DNA from: an uncultured Pseudomonadales bacterium
GTDB lineage: Bacteria; Patescibacteriota; Microgenomatia; UBA1400; UBA12028
NCBI GenBank assembly: GCA_964635905.1
Contig: CAZWPK010000002.1
Span: forward strand, 141,621-205,620
Direction: 5' to 3'
Length of the DNA: 64,000 nucleotides
Positions 57,755 through 64,000 of this stretch are shown here, piece by piece. Under the pieces are notes generated by a model that searched no databases, had not been told where the DNA came from, and saw only the letters and a program-made list of their open reading frames with translations. Numbering within the stretch: position 1 is the first letter of the stretch; every line of letters begins with the position of its first letter. A program made the translations under genes and the position numbers.

Positions 57755-58753
57755 ATGTTTAAACAAACTACATTTCTTCGAGTAATCTTTGTCTTAAGCT
57801 TAGTTTTCTCGGATCTTCACTTTATTCGAGACTATGTGAATGCATACCAGGAGCTTCCCTTCCAGCTCAATCGTCAATTAATACATGAATTCATCCCTAG
57901 AATCCCTGCCCCCACATCGATTCCGGATCCTCCCTATTTTAATGTGCAGATCTCTGAAGCCGATTGGCAAGGAAAGACCTTTATTGCAAAGATAAGCAAT
58001 AAGAACCCATTTGCCGTCTACAATACCGAAATCCGCATTGGGGTTAGTCCAACGAAGGAACCTTGGAATGAGATTAAAATCCATCGGTTCACCGTTCCGG
58101 TAGCGTTGGAGGCGAGTGATCATGTCTATTTTTCAAAAACACTTCCCTTGGAGACCAATGACTATTGGTGGTCTGTTGAAGTAGCATCCACACTTCCCTA
58201 TAACGGTGAAACGGTAAGTGCAACTCCTTCTGGATTGGTAATCTCACCGACAAAGCCTAAAGCCAATGTAAAATCATCGAAAAAATCGTCTCCCGTGGAT
58301 ACAGAGCCATGGGGAGTCGCACTCAAAATTGATGATGTAACGTGGACAATCAAAGTGAAAGAAGATGACCGCATGGCAACGCTAGAAGAAACTTTACTTG
58401 CCCTCAACGAATATCGTAAACGACATGGAGCTGGGCAGCTTTCAGCCAATGATCAGTTAGCCGCGTTTGCCAAGGAGCGAGCTGTGTATTTAAACTCCAT
58501 AAAAAGTACGGACAAACATGCTGGTTTCCAGCAATACATCGCCAATGAAGACAACATCAAAAAACTCGGATTTGGGTCACTGGGAGAAAATAGTGGATAT
58601 GGGCATCAATTAATTGGGGTGCACTTAATTGAATGGATCTATGGGGGAGATCCCCAACACAATGCCAATCAATTAGATCGTTCCTGGTCGCATGTGGGAA
58701 TTGGTATCGAAGGTTTAGCCGTTGTCTTTATCTTCGGTGGCTCGAAGTTTTAA
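57755..58753 (+). CDS. Secreted CAP (SCP/PR-1/YkwD-like) domain protein
   Basis: Signal peptide. C-terminal CAP core (LSANDQLAAFAKERA...GENSGYG...WSHVGIGI). Confidence 0.5.
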   Translation: MFKQTTFLRVIFVLSLVFSDLHFIRDYVNAYQELPFQLNRQLIHEFIPRIPAPTSIPDPPYFNVQISEADWQGKTFIAKISNKNPFAVYNTEIRIGVSPTKEPWNEIKIHRFTVPVALEASDHVYFSKTLPLETNDYWWSVEVASTLPYNGETVSATPSGLVISPTKPKANVKSSKKSSPVDTEPWGVALKIDDVTWTIKVKEDDRMATLEETLLALNEYRKRHGAGQLSANDQLAAFAKERAVYLNSIKSTDKHAGFQQYIANEDNIKKLGFGSLGENSGYGHQLIGVHLIEWIYGGDPQHNANQLDRSWSHVGIGIEGLAVVFIFGGSKF

Positions 58754-59281
58754 TTCCAACTCTTTGAGTCGTTCGCGTTGTACTCGTGTGGGTCGAATAA
58801 AGGATCGCACACTTTGAACGGACGCAAAGGCGTCCTCATAGGTCAGTCCGGTACTCATCAGATAGGCGATCGCCATCGTTGGTCCCCGTCCTTCTCCTCC
58901 ACGGCAGTGGACGTACACTTTTCCCCCATTTTGAAGCTGGGTTGTGATATAGGCAATCCCCTCCTCTAGATGCTCCATTGAGGGCGCATGCATGTCTTTG
59001 GTCGGTAAATGTAAATAGGAAAGTCCAAGTTTTTTCACTTTGGTTAGAAGTACTGGAGAAGTCATGGCTCGCATATTCACCACCGCGGTAAATTCTTGGG
59101 ATTTCAAGCGATCAAGACCAATATCAGAGTACTGCCCCCCGACAAACAACTGCGGGGAAATTTCGCTGCGTTTTCGACTCGGAAGACCGGTAATTTCCCG
59201 GTAGCGATAATCTAAAAAACGTTCGAATTGGATGTGTAGAGATTTAATCTTACTTTGAATGAAGTCCGTAAACGTTGTCAT
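58715..59281 (-). CDS. Dual-specificity/protein-tyrosine phosphatase family protein (CX5R)
   Basis: Active site VHCRGGEGRGPTMAIAYLM (HCxxGxxRG). Confidence 0.7.
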   Translation of the reverse strand: MTTFTDFIQSKIKSLHIQFERFLDYRYREITGLPSRKRSEISPQLFVGGQYSDIGLDRLKSQEFTAVVNMRAMTSPVLLTKVKKLGLSYLHLPTKDMHAPSMEHLEEGIAYITTQLQNGGKVYVHCRGGEGRGPTMAIAYLMSTGLTYEDAFASVQSVRSFIRPTRVQRERLKELELKLRATEDKDNG

Positions 59282-60150
59282 ACGAGTATGGTAACTGTTT
59301 TCGGGAGAACTTGTACATCTAGTTTTGACAGCGCCACAATTTCATCATCACACAGAACGGTTTGTACCGGTTTCATCTTGACACTTACTGTACTGACTTT
59401 GAAACGGCGCAACGATGGTGCTTTCTGCTGGGTGACACTTCCCTTTACCATGGTTAACAATGATTTCAAATCTGCTTGAGTAATAACAATCACATCCAAC
59501 TTTCTATCATCCACTTGAACATTCGGCACCAGAGAGATTCCGGAAACTCCCATATTGGCGCTATTGGCAATCATCAGCGCCACTCCTTCAATCTCTTCAT
59601 CATGATCATCCAGTTTTAAAGAATACAGACAGGTCTGTGGTTTGGAGAGATGTTCGAGCGCGGACACTACATAGCCTAAGGATCCAAGGTTTCTTTTGCG
59701 CGAACGTGTGGTTGTTTTGACCATATCAGCCAGGATTCCAGTACTCACGCGCAAGAGAAAGGGTTTTGTATTACACAAGCCCATATCGAGCTTTCGGAGT
59801 TGCGGCGCCTTCTTTCCCAAAACTTTTATTGCTTCTGCTGGGTCAAGAGGAATGTGGAGCTCTTTGGCTAACACATTTGCGGTTCCTCCTGGCAGGATGA
59901 CGAGCGGCATGTCTGTTTGACACAAGGCTCGTGCCACTTTCATGATGGTTCCATCACCGCCATACACCACTACGGCATCCACTTTTAAACGTAGAGCTTC
60001 TGTTGCGTGGGTATAGGATTCTTCACTAGACCGTGATATTTTTATTTCCCACTCTAATCCATACCGTTTCATTGCGCGTGCAATCACGGGTAAAATGGGG
60101 TATAACGGTCCGGAAATCGGATTGACAATACAATAGACTGAGTGAAGCAT
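59278..60150 (-). CDS. DAGK_cat-family lipid kinase (YegS/BmrU-like)
   Basis: VVVYGGDGTIMKVARAL (GGDGT). 290 aa. Its stop overlaps the phosphatase start by 4 nt. Confidence 0.7.
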   Translation of the reverse strand: MLHSVYCIVNPISGPLYPILPVIARAMKRYGLEWEIKISRSSEESYTHATEALRLKVDAVVVYGGDGTIMKVARALCQTDMPLVILPGGTANVLAKELHIPLDPAEAIKVLGKKAPQLRKLDMGLCNTKPFLLRVSTGILADMVKTTTRSRKRNLGSLGYVVSALEHLSKPQTCLYSLKLDDHDEEIEGVALMIANSANMGVSGISLVPNVQVDDRKLDVIVITQADLKSLLTMVKGSVTQQKAPSLRRFKVSTVSVKMKPVQTVLCDDEIVALSKLDVQVLPKTVTILV

Positions 60151-60171
60151 TACTATCTCTTTACCGCACGT

Positions 60172-60732
60172 ATGATTAGTATTTCAACAAAAACAGGTGA
60201 TAAAGGTGAAAGTGGTCTTGCCAATGGGACACGAGTTGGCAAAGACGCACTCATCTTTGATGTCTTAGGAACCCTGGATGAGTTAAATTCTTGGATTGGC
60301 TTAAGCCTAACCTCCATCGATGCTTCCCTCAAAGGGCATCGCGATTTCTTGTTTCAAATTCAGGACACCCTATTCTATATCGGGGCAGAACTTGCCGCTT
60401 CACCAACAACGCGTTTCGATACAGCAGCACTAGAGGTCCTGGATACCAAGTGTGAGCAATTGCAACACGCCATGGAAGACAACTGGGTGACCAAATTTCT
60501 CTTGCCGGGTGGAACTGCTGCTGCGGCGCAGCTGGATGTCACTCGTTGTGTCTGTCGACGGTTAGAGCGCTTACTCGTCTCCTTGCACCAAAAAGAACCG
60601 TTACGATCGGAACTCTTAGCATATATTAATCGGCTATCTGATTACTTTTATGTGCTTCGCTGCTTTATCAACTTACAAGCAGACTACAAAGAGCATCCCT
60701 TCGACTCTTCCTATTCTCCTTTCTTTAAGTAA
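60172..60732 (+). CDS. ATP:cob(I)alamin adenosyltransferase, PduO-type
   Basis: MISISTKTGDKGESGLANGTRV..DELNSWIGL matches the PduO/MMAB N-terminus. The ORF-track GTG start at 60142 is rejected in favour of the ATG at 60172. Confidence 0.75.
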   Translation: MISISTKTGDKGESGLANGTRVGKDALIFDVLGTLDELNSWIGLSLTSIDASLKGHRDFLFQIQDTLFYIGAELAASPTTRFDTAALEVLDTKCEQLQHAMEDNWVTKFLLPGGTAAAAQLDVTRCVCRRLERLLVSLHQKEPLRSELLAYINRLSDYFYVLRCFINLQADYKEHPFDSSYSPFFK

Positions 60733-60847
60733 TTTCCCCTTGCATTTCTACCGCATTTTAACTACAACTAGTATCCACATCGGAACCATGTGTAAATCAT
60801 GGACTGTGCCGCAACTGTAAACCTTTTTAAAAGGGAAGTCAGGAACG

Positions 60848-62863
60848 ATGTCCCGTATTTTCTATCCCCGAGCAGGGACAAAGAAAAAGAGACTTCAAAC
60901 GTACTTTTTCTTTGGATACCGACTTTCTTTTTTTGCCACAACACGTCGGGTCTTGCTTGGGAACACAGAGTGTTCTATGTTTGCCGAGCAAAATCGTTAT
61001 CAGCCAGAGCCTACCACTCTTCCATTTAAACCGAAGCCATCGGTAGATACGTTGTCCCTTGGTGATTTTCGCCTGTCCAATTCCTACCGTGATCCCAAAG
61101 CGCCTTGGCATTATGGCATTCATAACTGGATCGAAAGTTTCAAAAAGAAACCATCACTGGCTCAACTTAGTCTCTACCGTGAACTTGAGCAACTTTTAGA
61201 GCATTCACCAGAGAAAGATTCCGTGTTGATGATCAATGCCCTGTTGGAAACAGCGCTGCACATTCTCTCGCTTCGCCAAGAAATGACCGGAGAACGCGAC
61301 ACCATCCAAATTGTAAATGCGTTTACTTGGGATGAGGCTACCCGTACCTTTGACTTTGATGTCACCGCGCTTGAAAAAAAGTTTTTACTCTATCTTCAAA
61401 AAGTCCCAGCGTCACACCGGGAAAGTTATATTCAAGAAATTGAACAGGTGTTATTTCGCTTACGATCGTTGGGAAAATTCTTGGCACCCGTTGATTTCTC
61501 ATTACCACCGGAAATGATTCAAGATCAACTAAAATTTCTAGGATTTACGCGCCAACAATTTGCCGTTACTCCCGCGCTGTTACGATACTTACCCCACCTG
61601 CGCAGTCAGATCCACTCTATTGAAGCAATTGAGTCGGTCGTCCAAGGATCATTGACCACAGAGCTCTGGGTTGGACCACGGGGACTAACCATTGCCCCAC
61701 CGCATTGGCTGCACCAACAAGGAAAGTCTTCCTTTCTATGGGCAAGTGATGTGGTCGTTTCCTTAGAAGGAAATGTTCCACAAGCTGCCATTCTTGATCA
61801 GGGGAAATTTAGTCACTCCACACTTCCCACACTGTTACGTGCGGTATCCGTCAATCAACAGGAACAACGGGTATTTACGAACAGACAAGAAATCTTAGAA
61901 TGGATGACCATTCTCACCGATGTGGCTCACATCCCTGCCCCGGTCTTTTTGGAACACCTGCTTCAACAAACCGGTGATTTTATCCCGGCCCCACCCTTTG
62001 ACGCAACGATAACGTTTGGAGAGTTATCTCTCAAAACATTTCTTACGGAGATTGAAAAAGTGTTTCAGTTTGAATGGGAACGTTGTACTGCCGATCCACG
62101 ATTCAAAGAAGGATTAGAGGATCGCTTGTTTGTGTTTGCCACATCCGTAAAACAACTCATAGCAGACAATTCCACGATGGGGTTAAAAGAAATTGGAGAG
62201 AACTATCGCAATGTCGCGTTTGCCGATTTGCCGAATGCGACGGATGCACTCTCGCTTTTAGAGCAATTTAAACAAGTTGGACTTGCACACAATCCGGCAA
62301 CATTCTCCAAGTCGTTTGACTGGAGCATGATTGACTGTGTGGCGGGAACACCGGGGAGTCTTGCCCAACAACTCCAAGGCTTTCGACCGGATGTTTCCTC
62401 GGTTTCCGGACTACAATCACTCATGGGAAATGAAAAGTTTTTAGAGCTTCAAGCAATTGAGGGGCGAAGTATTTCCAATCGTTCGGAGTTTGAACGAATC
62501 TGTCGACAGTTTAATAAAGATCCCAAGCGGTTTCCTGCAGAAAATTGGGGACTGTGTCAGTGCCCATCGTGCGCAGCCTCAAAGAATGGATTGAAAAATT
62601 ATTTAGGAGAATGTGGCTGGTGTCTCTCGTGTGAACTAAAAGATGATTATGGAATCCTCGGAGCACTCCCCGACTTGACCGCTATTCTCCCAATGGACGG
62701 TTCGACAGTAGAAGATACGGAACACCGCTCCTTAGGGCTTGGCAATTTTGTCGCCGGTCTTGCAAACCCCAAACTCTATCAGGATGTCTTTTTAATCAAA
62801 CAAGTTCTCGCTCACTTCCAGCTCTCGGAGACAGAATCCCCATCGCTGCCAATGGCGGCGTAA
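60848..62863 (+). CDS. Hypothetical large cytoplasmic protein with C-terminal Cys cluster (zinc-ribbon-like)
   Basis: 671 aa. No recognised motif except CQCPSCAASKNGLKNYLGECGWCLSC. The true start is possibly MFAEQ at about 60977. Confidence 0.35.
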   Translation: MSRIFYPRAGTKKKRLQTYFFFGYRLSFFATTRRVLLGNTECSMFAEQNRYQPEPTTLPFKPKPSVDTLSLGDFRLSNSYRDPKAPWHYGIHNWIESFKKKPSLAQLSLYRELEQLLEHSPEKDSVLMINALLETALHILSLRQEMTGERDTIQIVNAFTWDEATRTFDFDVTALEKKFLLYLQKVPASHRESYIQEIEQVLFRLRSLGKFLAPVDFSLPPEMIQDQLKFLGFTRQQFAVTPALLRYLPHLRSQIHSIEAIESVVQGSLTTELWVGPRGLTIAPPHWLHQQGKSSFLWASDVVVSLEGNVPQAAILDQGKFSHSTLPTLLRAVSVNQQEQRVFTNRQEILEWMTILTDVAHIPAPVFLEHLLQQTGDFIPAPPFDATITFGELSLKTFLTEIEKVFQFEWERCTADPRFKEGLEDRLFVFATSVKQLIADNSTMGLKEIGENYRNVAFADLPNATDALSLLEQFKQVGLAHNPATFSKSFDWSMIDCVAGTPGSLAQQLQGFRPDVSSVSGLQSLMGNEKFLELQAIEGRSISNRSEFERICRQFNKDPKRFPAENWGLCQCPSCAASKNGLKNYLGECGWCLSCELKDDYGILGALPDLTAILPMDGSTVEDTEHRSLGLGNFVAGLANPKLYQDVFLIKQVLAHFQLSETESPSLPMAA

Positions 62864-62884
62864 TAATCAACTATTTTTATCTTC

Positions 62885-64000
62885 CTAAAGTCCTAAATAA
62901 ATACGATCCCCTAAATACCCTGTAACTTCCGGATGAATCACATCAAAACCGACAAAGCTTGCAGGTTTTAAAGTAAAGGAACCAAAGCGATCATTGACCT
63001 GATCAATTAACGAATAGAGTTTTTCTTGACGATGCCAGTTGGGTAATAAGTTTTGAGGGAGTTGTGCATTCGGCTGACAATCGCCGATCCACACTCCATA
63101 TTTGATCACAGGAAAAGTTCGCTTCCACTCTTTATACATTCCATCGTAGAGAAGCTCAAAGATTTCGTTGGTATGTCGGACCCAGTAACGTAGAGTTCTA
63201 TGGGCTCCCCAATACTCACTATGCCCCCACAGACTAATTCCAATTTTACGTCCCGATAAGTCCATCGCTCGCAACTTATGTGTGGCTTCTTCTAACAAGT
63301 TTAGAAGCGTACATTTGATCTGTGCTTCATTGTCACACAGCCGATACCCGGTAATGGTGCGCCCCACACTTTGTTGAAAATCAGTCTTGCGCGGATGACT
63401 AAAGAAATGCGTTTCTTCTCCTCTTCCAATCTTGCGTAATTCCGATGCCCAATGGGGACCAAAACTTGCAAGCAAGGTTGCATCATCTAATAGATTGAGT
63501 TGATAGGGATGAAAAACATTTAAGTATTCCAATTTGCGCGTGAGTCGTGCTCCGACACCACACACATCTTTGAAGGTGACTTTCAACAACACCTCATCCA
63601 GATTATCGGGGGTTATCAAGTACACACTTCCTTTTGGCGCAATTTCTCCGGCCATTTTTGCTAATAACTTATTATGCGAAATACCGACATTACACTGAAC
63701 CCATTCGCCTAACTGTTTTTGAATAGTACGTTGAATAAATTTCCCATAGAAAATGAGGTCATACTTTCCCACCTGTTGGCGGATGACTGATTCACATCCG
63801 GTTAAATCTAAAAACACTTCATCTAAGGAAAAGATGTGGACGTTTGGGGCAAGCGAAGTAAAGAGGGCTTTGAGGCGACGTGTTGCCGACAACATAATGT
63901 CAAACTGCGCTGGGACTAACGTAAGGTGGGGAGCTTTCGTAAGCGCATCCATTTTACTGGTTCCCGTTTTAATTCCTAACAATTTCGCTTCATTGGACGA
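62885..64000 (-). CDS. dinB: Y-family DNA polymerase (DinB/Pol IV-like), 5' end beyond the window edge
   Basis: CPHLTLVPAQFD...SLDEVFLDLTG, GISHNKLLAKMAGEIAPKGSV, and VCGVGARLTRKL. The expected N-terminal DMDxFFA motif would lie past position 64000. Confidence 0.7.
   Translation of the reverse strand, partial: SSNEAKLLGIKTGTSKMDALTKAPHLTLVPAQFDIMLSATRRLKALFTSLAPNVHIFSLDEVFLDLTGCESVIRQQVGKYDLIFYGKFIQRTIQKQLGEWVQCNVGISHNKLLAKMAGEIAPKGSVYLITPDNLDEVLLKVTFKDVCGVGARLTRKLEYLNVFHPYQLNLLDDATLLASFGPHWASELRKIGRGEETHFFSHPRKTDFQQSVGRTITGYRLCDNEAQIKCTLLNLLEEATHKLRAMDLSGRKIGISLWGHSEYWGAHRTLRYWVRHTNEIFELLYDGMYKEWKRTFPVIKYGVWIGDCQPNAQLPQNLLPNWHRQEKLYSLIDQVNDRFGSFTLKPASFVGFDVIHPEVTGYLGDRIYLGL

Noticed and set aside
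60142-60171. ORF-track GTG start that would make the PduO gene overlap the divergent kinase gene start by 9 bp
   Set aside because: PduO-type proteins begin M-x-I-x-TKTGD. The ATG at 60172 gives exactly that N-terminus, so the GTG extension is discarded.

Overview
Window is a low-GC (~45%) bacterial chromosome segment with a compact-genome, possibly Candidate-Phyla-Radiation/Patescibacteria-like gene set. Calls rest on motifs read directly from the six-frame translations; nothing was searched against a database.

Housekeeping genes are tightly packed and read with the standard genetic code. RF2 (prfB) is present and intact, so UGA is not reassigned:
- ftsE-ftsX followed by a coiled-coil cysteine-peptidase gene (PcsB-like arrangement)
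- prfB (no programmed frameshift), tatD, secG, a family-5 solute-binding protein, a MurF-like Mur ligase, a cyclophilin lipoprotein, HU
- pgk, gap, galE, a GlmU-N-like nucleotidyltransferase
- polyprenyl diphosphate synthase, PduO-type cobalamin adenosyltransferase, an M23 peptidase, a DinB-like Y-family polymerase truncated by the window end

These are interleaved with accessory and envelope blocks:
- A lipid-linked glycan-assembly cluster: GT2, GT-C, a small 4-TM protein, a MraY/WecA-family transferase, and a UbiA-family DPPR-synthase-like prenyl-phosphate phosphoribosyltransferase.
- tRNA-Cys(GCA) followed by an AT-rich islet: a transglutaminase-core protein, three small acidic orphans and a pentapeptide-repeat protein.
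- A catalytically dead sortase paralog (catalytic His and Cys both replaced by Thr) co-transcribed with an 831-aa secreted polysaccharide deacetylase that carries a triplicated ~145-aa module joined by Pro/Thr linkers.
- A bona fide sortase overlapping its upstream putative substrate: signal peptide, poly-Glu, CnaB-like domain, and a C-terminal MAATG-hydrophobic-KK sorting signal.
- A DUF2207-like membrane protein with a poly-Gly tail, a decayed PA14-domain pseudogene, and a stand-alone RecD/Pif1-like helicase.
- A block of secreted enzymes with Pro/Thr linkers: a GH99-like::purple-acid-phosphatase fusion, a second PAP paralog with a DNRLRE domain, and a discoidin-domain protein.
- An IS30-family transposase pseudogene (two in-frame stops, lost catalytic Glu) abutting tRNA-Glu(CUC).
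- A translationally coupled dual-specificity phosphatase + DAGK-like lipid kinase pair.
- Several orphan proteins, including a 671-aa protein with a C-terminal Cys cluster.

No rRNA and no CRISPR array were seen.
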